From: Chiloscyllium plagiosum
Taxonomy: Eukaryota
Assembly: GCF_004010195.1 (NCBI RefSeq)
Contig: NC_057755.1
Location: 10,892,680-10,944,650 of the forward strand
DNA: 51,971 nt
Direction: 5' to 3'
Numbering within the stretch: the stretch's first letter is position 1; every line of letters begins with the position of its first letter. The notes beneath the pieces were generated by a model. It did no database searches. It was not told the DNA's origin and saw nothing but the letters and a program-made list of their open reading frames with translations. Both the position numbers and the translations under genes were made by a program. Positions 34,995-47,756 of this stretch are shown piece after piece.

Positions 34995-37900
34995 TTATCC
35001 TTGATAATACGAGGTTTGGACTATTCCAGTCTCCCCAACCTTCACACAATACTCAGCTTCCAGTTCTGACACGATCTTCCCCCATGGTATTTTCCAGTTG
35101 GAAATGTTTCTTGCAGGATTCACCTTGTATTTCTCTGCAAACTCCTTGTNNNNNNNNNNNNNNNNNNNNNNNNNNNNNNNNNNNNNNNNNNNNNNNNNNN
35201 NNNNNNNNNNNNNNNNNNNNNNNNNNNNNNNNNNNNNNNNNNNNNNNNNNNNNNNNNNNNNNNNNNNNNNNNNNNNNNNNNNNNNNNNNNNNNNNNNNNN
35301 NNNNNNNNNNNNNNNNNNNNNNNNNNNNNNNNNNNNNNNNNNNNNNNNNNNNNNNNNNNNNNNNNNNNNNNNNNNNNNNNNNNNNNNNNNNNNNNNNNNN
35401 NNNNNNNNNNNNNNNNNNNNNNNNNNNNNNNNNNNNNNNNNNNNNNNNNNNNNNNNNNNNNNNNNNNNNNNNNNNNNNNNNNNNNNNNNNNNNNNNNNNN
35501 NNNNNNNNNNNNNNNNNNNNNNNNNNNNNNNNNNNNNNNNNNNNNNNNNNNNNNNNNNNNNNNNNNNNNNNNNNNNNNNNNNNNNNNNNNNNNNNNNNNN
35601 NNNNNNNNNNNNNNNNNNNNNNNNNNNNNNNNNNNNNNNNNNNNNNNNNNNNNNNNNNNNNNNNNNNNNNNNNNNNNNNNNNNNNNNNNNNNNNNNNNNN
35701 NNNNNNNNNNNNNNNNNNNNNNNNNNNNNNNNNNNNNNNNNNNNNNNNNNNNNNNNNNNNNNNNNNNNNNNNNNNNNNNNNNNNNNNNNNNNNNNNNNNN
35801 NNNNNNNNNNNNNNNNNNNNNNNNNNNNNNNNNNNNNNNNNNNNNNNNNNNNNNNNNNNNNNNNNNNNNNNNNNNNNNNNNNNNNNNNNNNNNNNNNNNN
35901 CAGGAATCACAGAATAATCTCGCACACGTCTCACTCTGGTCCTTTTCAGAGTATATGCTTTTAAACATTGTAAAGTAATAATGTCTCTCATTCGCTAGTC
36001 TCTTCAGGGGATTATGTTTGTCACAGAATCGATCATGCATCTCCTGAAATCTCTGAATGGCTTTGCCACACACATGGATTTTCACATCTGTACTTAATAG
36101 CTCATTGACTTTGAGTGTCTCCGCATCAAGTGTCTGTAGATTTCTGTCCACTTCTCTCAGAAGTTCATTACAAAGAAACAGGTTGTAACTCTCACCTCTC
36201 TTAACAATCTCTTCGACATAATCGTCACATTGTGATATCAATTGGAGAGTTTTCTTCTTCGCCTCCAGTAAACGTGCAGTTACCTCCCATTGTGCCACAT
36301 TCTCGTCTTCCAAGTTTTCTTTATTTTGATGGAAGGAACGTATCAGAGTAGTGTATGTTTTGTTTGTTCCCAGATGTTGCTCAGTGATCTTCCATTCCAC
36401 GTTGCTTAACTCAACAAGACTCTTCCCAGATGTGAGCTTTATTGTGAGTATTCTTCCTTGCTTCCTTGTATTTTCCCTCAAGCTCTTTTCCATGTCTCCC
36501 TCGATGTTGACTGCTATGGGCTGGAAATGTACTGATGCCATGACTTCTCTCCATATTGTTTCAAAGGTTTCACTCAGTTCACTGTCACCTTGATCTGTTG
36601 ATTTAAGTTTCAAATTATCCAAGAGCAGATCAATCTTCTCTTGGATTCTCTCACTGAAACTACTTAAAATGCGATTTAATTCGTTAAGGTCTCTCCGCCT
36701 GTTCAATGCTTCCTCACATCTCATCTTTGTGCGTGTTTCAAGCTCCCGACTCAGTGAGTCAAAACTCGCTGCTGTCTCAGCTTTAAAATTCTCAATCAGA
36801 TGTGCCTGGTTGGTGTCCTCCTTAAAATACTTCTCCATCTCATTCAGTATTTGACTTTTCTCTTCACTGATCATCCTTGGAACGTCAATATCCAAAGTTC
36901 CTCTGAGTTCCTGAAGGTCCCCTTCACAGTTGGCAATTCGATTGATTGCTTTCTGAAGCCAGGAATGGACCTCACTCCTCAGCTTCCACTCCAAATCCGA
37001 GTACTTCTCTGACAGTCGATTGTAGGCATCTGCCACCAAGCTGTTCCTGAAACTGAAGATGAAGTTCTCATGTTTCACTGCGTTCCATGTACTTTCCATC
37101 CAGCAAATGAACTCTGGGATGGTGGAAGGTCTCCTGTTGAGAAAATGCTGCAAAATCTTGTGTTTGAGTTCTGTCACCTTCTGACTGTATCCCATATTAA
37201 CTAGCGCCATGGGGGGATTCCCACACCACAGCCCTGGGATGTACCAATTGTTTTTCTTGGAGTCATAATCCAAAATATCAGAGAACTTTGAGAATTTGTG
37301 ATCTTGCCTCTCAGTTTTAGCTACAATCTTGGTCAGTGCGTCCAGCTCCTGGTGCAATGATTTGTGACTCCCCATATTCTTCTGATGTGCAGACACATCT
37401 CCAACCTTTTGGTGGACAAATTGACAATTGGGTCTTTTCCCGACCACTTTCATACGAATTAAGGCATGGACAACAATTTGCAGGATGTCCTTCATTTCTG
37501 AGGCAGTCTCTGTGGACATGGTTATGATGATCAAATCGCTTAAGCCAGCCACCAGAGTGGCCAGTTCATTGTCATGCTCATTTTGGCCATCCAAGCTGGA
37601 CCGTTCCTGAGCCCGCAAGCCCTCAGTGTCCAGGATCAGGATGAAGTCGCAGGCTTTCTCCTTCATTGTTCCTGTTGTTCTAATGAGCTGCATGTAGACC
37701 CCAGAGGTGCATCTCCCACAGCCCACTGCAAACTGACAGCCAAACATTACATTCAACAGAGTGGACTTGCCTGTGCTTTGTAATCCCAACACTGAGAGGA
37801 CAAAAATGCGGCAAGGCTTAACTTTCTTGTCAACTTCCATTAACACGCTAGTGACCCATTTCACGGGGATATTGGAAACATCTCCATCCATGAGCTCAAT

Positions 37901-39694
37901 TGGGAAACCCTCCAACATCATATCAGCTGCCAGTGATGGAAACTGTTGGATATCTGAAGGAACACTTGGCTGGATATGAAACACCTCATAGATGAGTCCC
38001 ATTTCCCGGAGGAAATGTTCCAATCCCAAGCTCTGGGATTTGTCCAGCAGGTTCTTATTGTGTTCAGTCAATTGTTCCTGAATACTTTGACTCTCCACTT
38101 GCTCCTCAGTCTCCAGGTTTAACATTATGTTACTATGAGACACTGTGACTGAGTTTGACTCCAATGCATTTCTTAGGCAATTTAGGAAAAGTTTCCTTTG
38201 GTTTCCCATTGTCTGGAGCCCAAGGATTATTTGCCTCATCAGATTCGACATCCCACGACGTGCAAGTGCCCGACAAAGATCTTCTCTCTCTCTCTGCAGC
38301 CGACTGACATAATCTGAAACTTTAGCATCACTGAGACACTTTAACTGACATATTTCCTTATCGATGCCTGAAATCTTTTCCCAAGTATCTCCTTGGAAAT
38401 ACAACTCTCTCTCTCGGATCATTTTAATGCCTTCGCTCACAATTACTCGAAGAATTTCTTCGGATTTTCCCCAAGCCTCTGAAATCACGTTGTTGTCTTC
38501 ATCGATCAGAAACTTACTGGCCCTCGCTGCTGGGAGCATTGCTTGCAAACTCAGTGCCTCCTCTTTCACTTCTGCCCCCTTTCTCAGAATCTCTATTAAT
38601 TTGGATCGAACAGTTCGTAGAAAGTCTTCTTCGTTTTTTCGGTGTTTTGTTAAAATATGATCTTTTGCTATTAATTTAGTTTCAATCAACCTTTCTAAGT
38701 GGAAATATATTTGTGCCACCTTGGAATTAAAAATTAAAAACAGTTTCTGTTGAATCTGAGGATTGGAAAACAGAAATGTTTCGGCTTGTTCGTTCAAATG
38801 CTCAATGAAAACAAACAGAGTGGTGGCAACTTTACTCAGGAACTGGACATGTTCCGGAAAGTTTTGGGCATCCCCTCGGAGATTCATGACTGCCACAGCC
38901 TCTGGAATGATGTCAATGTCCTTACTGCCAGATGGCAAATACCAGATCATTTCTATCATTCCGTCTGAAACCTTCCTGCTTATATCGCCACATCGCATAT
39001 CATAATGGACAAAATAATTCAGACTGGGTTGTGAGTTGCTGAAAACTTGATTTAACAGTTTAGATTTTGATGATGAGCAGTTGCCAAATCGAACAAAAGC
39101 GAACGTTGGAAGACTAGATGTGGCCATACATTCCTCAATGTATCCCGCCCTGTCTCTCATTGACTGAGGTCGGTAACTCCTCACGAAGGAACGCATGGGA
39201 TGCATAAGAAAAGTTGGTCTCCCTTCCGGACTCGGCATGACGATTGGAAATGCAAACTGGCACAAGGACATTCGGACAATCACTTCCTGCTGCAGAATAG
39301 TGTCTGCACACACAAAGATCGCAGAAATAATGTCCAGTGGATGGAAAGACATTGCAGTAGCATTCGGACTTTGAGAGTAATAATTAAAATCATCTTCCGA
39401 TGTTTCATCTTCAGATGTGTCCTGTTTTCTGGCATTAGAATTTGTCTCCATTAGCAGCCTGAGGAAATGCCAAGGGATATCTGTTGTGCTGGTGGATTTC
39501 TTGTCCTCCACAGTCTCAATATTCATCTCCTTTACTTTATTCAGGGACAGCTTGTTGGGATAAAATTCCCACAGCCCAAGAGTTTTCAGAAGCTGCTGAA
39601 ATGCATCCCAACAGTCGGTACTTGGTTCCCCACCTCGATTCTCCTCAGTACAGTCCTCATATTTATCAATACCCAAATTGTCCATTCCCCTCAT
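34995..39694 (-). CDS. GVIN1: Interferon-induced very large GTPase (GVIN1/VLIG-1/URGCP family), copy C; apparently intact, with one large coding exon; 35150-35900 lies in an N gap
   Basis: Frame is uninterrupted from 39760 to 35901. First ATG is at 39694 (MRGMDNLG), just after a pyrimidine-rich ...TTTTAG acceptor. Motifs: HPLD, CQFAFP, G1 GLQSTGKST, G2 GRCTSG, G3 DTEG, FVHQK, WNAVKHENFIFSFRNSL. The C-terminus (...KEFAEKYKVNPARNISNWKIPW...YYQG*) resumes after the gap and stops at 34995. The symbol denotes the family; orthology is not established. Confidence 0.9.
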
Positions 39695-40989
39695 GAATGG
39701 ATTCTTCAATTTTCTAAAATAGTAAGAAAGCAAAACAACATTTTTACTGCATAGTTCCAACCTTCAGACCTACTGAAATCTTCACAGTTCAACAGTGTCA
39801 AACTTTTCCTGTTAGAGATGGTTATCTATCCATTTAGAATCTGGTACATCATTAAATCCTATCACTTTTGAAATGTAATGGTGGAATGATCAGCTTGTGC
39901 AATCTCGATTTCCTCAATTCCTGCAAAATACTTCTGGGAAATCTACTAGGTTACTGTAATATTCAATATTGTTTCGTAAAGATACAATTTGAAGTTTTCT
40001 CAATTGACAAATGGTTTTGACTTTTGAGTTTGAGGTAGAGGCAAAATAATGCTGGACAACTTAAAGAAACAGACAATGCCAGAAATGCTCATAGCAGCTG
40101 TGGAGGTGGTGGCATCGTTATATTATCACTGAGCTGTTAATCCAGTGACCCAGGTAATATTCTGTGGACCCAGGTTTCAGTCCTGCCATGGCAGATGGTG
40201 GGATTTGAATTCAATGAAAATCTACAATTAAGATTCTAAAGATGACCACAAATCAATTGTCAGAAAATAAAGCCTACCTGATTCACTAATGTCCTTTAGG
40301 GAAGGAAACTGCCATCTTTACCTGGTTATGTCCATGTGACTCCAGATCTACAGCAATGTAGTTGACTCTTAACTGCCATCTGAGCAATTAGTGATGGGTA
40401 GCCTAGCCAGCGACACCAACACCCCTAAAATGTGGGATTTTTAAAATTCCAATTCAACGAATGAAAGAAGAGGAAGAGTTAACGTTCTGCTGTGCGTTTA
40501 AATCATCTTCAGAACTGCAAAAGAGCTTGTGATGCTTAGCTCCCAAAAAGAATTTCGAAATCGGGTGTTAATGCATTGTCTGAGATCAGGGATAAAATGC
40601 AACCATGAACCAGGAATGTTTTGAGATGTGTTAAGTGGGTTCTCCGAGAGAGAGACGGGAAGTTTGGGCACATTGTGGTCCATGACACTGTTTGGGGAAA
40701 TCTGTCAGAGGAATTTAATGCATCTCAGACACGCATGTGGGTGTAGCAAGACCTCTGACAGCAAATTGGCCATGAATGCAAAAGGGTTTGAGTAGAGGAG
40801 CAGGATGCCTTACTGCAGCTGTCCAGGACCTTGGTTAGAGCATACCTGGAGGATTGCTTGCAATTGTATTATCCATCATTAAGAAGACGCAAAATTGCCT
40901 TAGTGCAGTGAAAAATCACCAGACTGATTCCCATTACAACATATGAGAAGGGTTTGGATTGACTGGGTCGGTATTTTCTAAACTGAGGC

Positions 40990-41325
40990 ATAGAGTCAAA
41001 GAATCATAGAGATGTACAGCACAGAAACAGACCCTTCGGTCTGACCCAATCTAGTCCCACCTGCCAGCACCCGGCCCATATCCCTCTAAACCCTTCCTAT
41101 TCATATACCCAACCAAATGCCTCTTAAATGTTGCAATTGTACCAGCCTCCACCACTCCCTCTGGCAGCTCATTCCATACACGCATCACCCTCTGTATGAA
41201 AACGTTGTCCCGAAGGTCTTTTTACCTATTTATCCGATCCATGCCCCTCATAATTTTGTGAACCTCTATAAGGTAACCCCTCAGCCTCCGATGCTCCAGG
41301 GATAACAGCCCCAGCCTGTTCAGCT
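40990..41325 (-). mobile_element. HER1/CR1 LINE 3' end
   Basis: Reverse complement of 41970-42395 with internal deletions. Confidence 0.8.
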
Positions 41326-41545
41326 TCAAGAGATCTATTCTTTATTGAGTACCTTGAGAGGCTCTTACCCCACAATCTTGTGTAATAGATGTTCACCACT
41401 CCTTGAGAGAAGAAATTTTGCCTCGTCACAGTGCAAAATGGACTACTGTGCACCCTAAGACTTAACCCCTTGTTCAGAATCCTTAAACCAGGGAAAAAAA
41501 ATCATCCCTGTATCCAGTTGATCTCACGCTGGCAGAATTTCACAT

Positions 41546-42395
41546 GTGGTGGAAGGTTGTTTTTGCGACTGGAGGCCTGTGACCAGTGGAGTGCCACAAG
41601 GATCGGCGCTCGACCCTCTACTTTTTGTCATTTGCATAAATGATTTGGATGCGAGCATAAGAGGTAGTTGGTAAGTTTGCAGATGACACCAAAATTGGGG
41701 GTGGAGTGGACAGCGAAGAGGGTTACCTCAGATTACAAGAGGATCTGGACCAGATGGGCCAATGGGCTGAGAAGTGGCAGATGGAGTTTAATTCAGATAA
41801 ATGCGAGGTGCTGCATTTTGGGAAAGCAAATCTTAGCCGGACTTACACACTTAATTGCATGCAATTCTGGTCTCCTTCCTATCGGAAAGATGTTGTGAAA
41901 CTTGAAAGGGTTCAGAAAAGATTTACAAGGATGTTGCCAGGGTTGGAGGATTTGAGCTATAGGGAGAGAATTAACAGGCTGGGGCTGTTTTCCCTGGAGT
42001 GTCGGAGGATGAGAGGTGACCTTAGAGAGGTTTATAAAATCGTGAGGGGCATAGATAAGATAAATAGACAAAGTCTTTTCCCTGGGGTCGGGGTGTCCAG
42101 AACTAGAGGGCATAGGTTTAGGGTGAGAGGGGAAAGATATAAAAGAGATTTAAGGGGCAAATTTTCATTCAGAGGGTGATACGTGTATGGAATGAGCTGC
42201 CAGAGGAAGTGGTGGAGGCTGGTACAATTGCAACATTGAACAGGCATTTGGATGGGTATATGATTAGGAAAGGTTTGGAGGGATATGGGCCGGGTGCTGG
42301 CATGTGGGACTAAATTGGGTTGGGATATCTGGTCGGCATGGACGGGTTGGACCAAAGGGTCTGTTTCCGTACTGTACATCACCAAGACTCTATGA
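41546..42395 (+). mobile_element. HER1/CR1 LINE 3' portion (second copy 45106-45613)
   Basis: ORF 41706-42179 reads WAEKWQMEFNSDKCEVLHFG...LERVQKRFTRM...RRMRGDL; the tail ends GACTCTATGAC. Confidence 0.9.
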
Positions 42396-42414
42396 CAACA
42401 ACCTATAAAGTGCT

Positions 42415-43254
42415 TGTTATGCTACAAGATTCAAAATATGAATGTCTATGGGGAAGAAGCTGCAACTGCTCAAATTGGAACGTTGTACCAAAAACCATTC
42501 AGTTAGCAGGCCCAAGCCGCATTTTTACCCAGAGAACAGTTTAAATTCAGCCAATTATCTCTGAGTGAGGCCACTCAGAGATAAAGGACCAATTAAATTT
42601 AAATCTGAAACCACTCATATGAGAAATTGATGTGTCATGGGGGGTATATAACAGAGGGGCAACTGGACAGAGAAGGGAGAGCAAACAGCGATCTGAGAAA
42701 GAAATACTGAGCTCTCACAAGCAAAACTCCACACTCTCAAAACGGCCTCATCTACCTATAAAAGTACAACTTTCTTGACACCAGAGGCGTTCAGAACAGA
42801 TTAGTTACAGAGAAAGCAACCCTGAGGGTAGTATCAGTGAAGAGGAAGAGGAAGAGGAATGTTCTGGAAGATCCATTCTGTGTGAACTTTGGGGGACTAT
42901 GTTTTAATGTATTGTTTTCTTATTAATTGGATTTATACAAGTGGGACCTATGTTGTTGGAACAGCCTACTCGTAAAATTCGGTTCAGTAAGGGAATAGGT
43001 AGGAGTTAGAAGAGATTTATTCTGTTTGTTAGTAATTAGGTTAATTTATTCACTGTTGGAGTTAAATAAATAAATTGCTCGTTGTTAATTATAAAGTGGG
43101 TGACAGGATTCCATTTCATTTAACCGCTCCTTTCTAACAGATTCGGTGGGAGATCGGTTATACCCCTTGTCACACTATATCAGATTGTGAGACGATCTTT
43201 TCTAAGTGCTTCATTTTTAATCCTCAGAAAAGTATCGACCTCCATGTCATCGCA
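42415..43254 (+). mobile_element. Probable solo LTR (second copy 45633-46468)
   Basis: Starts TGTTATG, has GGGGGTATATAA (TATA) near 42640 and AATAAATAAA near 43066, and ends ...GTCATCGCA (alternative end TAACA at 43139). No clean TSD. Confidence 0.55.
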
Positions 43255-44940
43255 CTCTCCTGCAGCCGCTCCTAAAGCCTGCACATCCTTGCTGTAATGT
43301 GGCGAGCAGAACTGAACATAACACTCTGAATGTTGCCTCACCAAAGGCTTTTAAAGCTGCAACATGACATCTTGACTCTTGTACTCAATCCCCCAACCAG
43401 TAAAGGTAAGCATGCCATACACCTTCTTTACCACCCTATCGACTTGAGTGGCCACCTTCAGGGTGCTATAATATCCCTCTGTCAATCAATGTTGTTCAGG
43501 GTCCTGCCATTAACTGTAAAGTTTTCCTTCCTATTTGATCTCCCAAAGTGCAGCACCTCACATATACCCAGGTTAAACACTATCTGCCGTTTCTCCACCC
43601 ATATCTGCAACAGATCTATATCCCACTGTATCCTTTGATAACACCATCCACAATTCCACCAATCTGTTTATCATTTACAAACTTACTAACCGAGATTTAG
43701 AATTTTTAGATTTTAGATTACATTACAGTGTGGAAACAGGCCCTTCGGCCCAACAAGTCCACACCGACACGCCGAAGCGAAACCCACCCATACTCCTACA
43801 TTTACCCCTTACCTAACACTACGGGCAATTTTTTATGGCCAATTCACCTGACCCTGCACATCTTTGGACTGTGGGAGGAAACCGGAGCACCCGGAGTAAA
43901 CCCACGCAGACACGGGGAGAACGTGCAAACTCCACACAGTCAGTCGCCTGAGGCGGGAATTGAACCCGGATCTCTAGCGCTGTGAGGCAGCAGTGCTAAC
44001 TGCTGCGCCACCGTGCCGCCCACTATCCTAGCTAACCTAGCTATCTATATTTTCATTCGAGTCATTTATATATGTACAAGAAACAGCAGAGGTCCCAGTA
44101 TGGACCCCTGCAGAACACCAATGGGCACAGACCTCCAGCCTGAAACACACTCTTCCACCACCATCCTCTGCCTTCTGTGGGTAAACCAATTCTGAATGCA
44201 TGCAGCCAGGTCACTGTGATTCCAGTGCATTGTAAGCTTCTGGCTGAGCCTACCATGAGGTACCTTGCTGAAAGCCTTACTGAATAGCATACAGACAACA
44301 TCCACTGCTCTACCCTCAATCAACTTTGTCATCTCCTTGAAAAATTCCAGTTAGTGAGATATGACCTGCCGTGCACAAAGCCACGCTGACTGTCCCTAAT
44401 TAGGCCATGCTTTTGCAAATGTGCTTAAATTCTACCCTTAAGAATTCTCTCCAATAGCTCCCCAGCCACCATTGTGAGACTCACCACTCTACAGTGTCCT
44501 GGATGACCCCTATTTCCCTTCTTAAACAAAAGAACAACATTAGCTCCTCAGCAGTTTTCCGGAACCTCCCCAGTGGCTAGTGAGGATACAACGATCTTGG
44601 TCAAGGGCCCTGTAATCTCCTCTCTTGCCTCTCTCGGTAACCTGGGGTGGATACAATCGGGCCCTGGTCACTTATCTAACTGAATGCTCTTCAAGAGACC
44701 CAACACCACTTCTTTCTTGATCTCAAAATGCCCGAGCATATTAGCATGCTTCACACTAATCTCATTGTCATCCCTGTCTCAGTCCTGGGTGAGTACCTAC
44801 ACAGAGTACTCAGTTAGGAATTCACCCACATTCTCTGCCTCCAAGCACAAGCTCCCTCTTTTATCCTTGAGTGGTCCTACCTCTCCCTAGTTATTCTCCT
44901 GTTTCTAATGTGTGTACAGAAGGCCTTGGGATTCTCTTTA
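43255..44940 (-). mobile_element. CR1-like LINE ORF2 fragment (second copy 46469-47445)
   Basis: FSKAFSKVPH..., GVLQGSILGPLLF. Confidence 0.8.
43693..44031 (-). mobile_element. Young HE1-type SINE with CTAACC target-site duplication
   Basis: Very similar to 83-399. The empty site ACTTACTAACCTAGCTATC is at 46895-46913. Confidence 0.92.
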
Positions 44941-47756
44941 TTCCTGTTAGGTTCTTTTCCCAAGGTGTCACACACGAGATGCAATTTGTGCACACCAACT
45001 TCTGCAAACAGTGAAAGTTTATTAAAAGTCTGTACATGCCCAATAGGCGTGTGAAGCCCCAAATAAAGGAAACACATCCCCTTTATACAGTTTGCAATGC
45101 TCACAGAGATGTTGTGAAACTTGAAAGGGTTCAGAAAAGATTTACAAGGATGTTGCCAGGGTTGGAGGATTTGAGCTATAGGGAGAGAATTAACAGGCTG
45201 GGGCTGTTTTCCCTGGAGTGTCGGAGGATGAGAGGTGACCTTAGAGAGGTTTATAAAATCATGAGGGGCATAGATAGGATAAATAGACAAAGTCTTTTCC
45301 CTGGGGTCGGGGTGTCCAGAACTAGAGGGCATAGGTTTAGGGTGAGAGGGGAAAGATATAAAAGAGATTTAAGGGGCAAATTTTCATTCAGAGGGTGATA
45401 CGTGTATGGAATGAGCTGCCAGAGGAAGTGGTGGAGGCTGGTACAATTGCAACATTTAACAGGCATTTGGATGGGTACATGATTAGGAAGGGTTTGGAGG
45501 GATATGGGCCGGGTGCTGGCATGTGGGACGAAATTGGGTTGGGATATCTGGTCGGCATGGACGGGTTGGACCAAAGGGTTTTTTCCGTACTGTACATCAC
45601 CAAGACTCTATGACAACAACCTATAAAGTGCTTGTTATGCTACAAGATTCAAAATATGAATGTCTGTGGGGAAGAAGCTGCAACTGCTCAAATTGGAACA
45701 TTGTACCAAAAACCATTCAGTTAGCAGGCCCAAGCCGCATTTCTACCCAGAGAACAGTTTAAATTCAGCCAATTAACTTAAGAGGCCACTCAGAGATAAA
45801 GGACCAATTAAATTTAAACCTGAAACCACTCATATGAGAAATTGATGTGTCATGGGGGGTATATAACAGAGGGGCAACTGGACAGAGAAGGGAGAGCAAA
45901 CAGCGATCTGAGAAAGAAATACTGAGCTCTCACAAGAAAAACTCCACACTCTCAAAACTGCCTCATCTACCTATAAAAGTACAACTTTCTTGACACCAGA
46001 GGCGTTCAGAACAGATTAGTTACAGAGAAAGCAACCCTGAGGGCAGTATCAGTGGAGAGGAAGAGGAAGAGGAATGTTCTGGAAGATCCATTCTGTGTGA
46101 ACTTTGGGGGACTATGTTTTAATGTATTGTTTTCTTATTAATTGGATTTATATAAGTGGGACCTATGTTGTTGGAACAGCCTACTCGTAAAATTCGGTTC
46201 AGTAAGGGAATAGGTAGGAGTTAGAAGAGATTTATTCTGTTTGTTAGTAATTAGGTTAATTTATTCACTGTTGGAGTTAAATAAATAAATTGTTTGTTGT
46301 TAATTATAAAGTGGGTGACAGGATTCCATTTCATTTAACCCTCCTTTCTAACAGATTCGGTGGGAGATCGGTTATACCCCTTGTCACACTATATCAGATT
46401 GTGAGACGATCTTTTCTAAGTGCTTCATTTTTAATCCTCAGAAAAGTATTGACCTCCATGTCATCGCACTCTCCTGCAGCCGCTCCTAAAGCCTGCACAT
46501 CCTTGCTGTAATGTGGCGAGCAGAACTGAACATAACACTCTGAATGTTGCCTCACCAAAGGCTTTTAAAGCTGCAACATGACATCTTGACTCTTGTACTC
46601 AATCCACCAACCAGTAAAGGTAAGCATGCCATACACCTTCTTTACCACCCTATCGACTTGAGTGGCCACCTTCAGGGTGCTATAATATCCCTCTGTCAAT
46701 CAATGTCGTTCAGGGTCCTGCCATTAACTGTAAAGTTTTCCTTCCTATTTGATCTCCCAAAGTGCAGCGCCTCACACGTACCCAGGTTAAACACTATCTG
46801 CCGTTTCTCCACCCATATCTGCAACGGATCTAAATCCCACTGTATCCTTTGATAACACGATCCACAATTCCACCAATCAGTTTATCATTGACAAACTTAC
46901 TAACCTAGCTATCTATATTTTCATTCGAGTCATTTATATATGTACAAGGAACAGCAGAGGTCCCAGTATGGACCCCTGCAGAACACCCCACTGTGCACAG
47001 ACCTCCAGCCTGAAACACACTCCTCCACCACCATCCTCTGCCTTCTGTGGGTAAACCAATTCTGAATGCACGCAGCCAGGTCACTGTGATTCCAGTGCAT
47101 TGTAAGCTTCTGGCTGAGCCGACCATGAGGAACCTTGCTGAAAGCCTTACTGAATAGCATGCAGACAACATCCACAGCTCTACCTTCAATCAACTTTGTC
47201 ACCTCCTTGACAAATTCCAGTTAGTGAGATATGACCTGCCGTGCACAAAGCCACGCTGACTGTCCCTAATTAGGCCATGCTTTTGCAAATGTGCTTAAAT
47301 TCTACCCTCCAGAATTCTCTCCAATAGCTCCCCAGCCACCATTGTGAGACTCACCACTCTATAGTGTCCTGGATGACCCCTATTTCCCTTCTTAAACAAA
47401 AGAACAACATTAGCTCCTCACCAGATCTCCGGAACCTCCCCAGTGACATGTCACTCAACACAACCCACTGCCCCACCCCCACAGTCACATGCCACTCAAC
47501 ACATCCCCAGCCCCATCCCCACAGTCACATGCCAGGTACACTGGCAGGATGAGGTCATGGCCCGAGATAATGCAAATTAAAATGCGCTAATCCTGGAGAA
47601 TTGTCATGCGGACGATTCCCCAGGACAATGTAGGTGCGATGTGTCCTAGCTTCAAGGGGTGGCCAGAAAGCATTTCTGAATGAATTACAGAATCCCTGGA
47701 TGTCAAATGAACACAGGACGTTGACACGCCTGGGTCAGGCCCGGGACCCACCGTCC

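Larger units (their letters stand above)
41886..47445 (+). repeat. Direct duplication of a LINE-LTR-LINE block (41886-44575 vs 45106-47445)
   Basis: Near-identical sequence at about 3.2 kb offset, with duplicated ORFs (102 aa at 43330 and 46544). Confidence 0.9.

Noticed and set aside
35120..39760. The ORF-track boundaries of the 1546-aa protein
   Set aside because: The start is a TTG upstream of a likely splice acceptor; the first ATG is at 39694. The end is out of frame because the 751-N gap is shorter than the ~920 bp expected from copy B; the true stop is at 34995.
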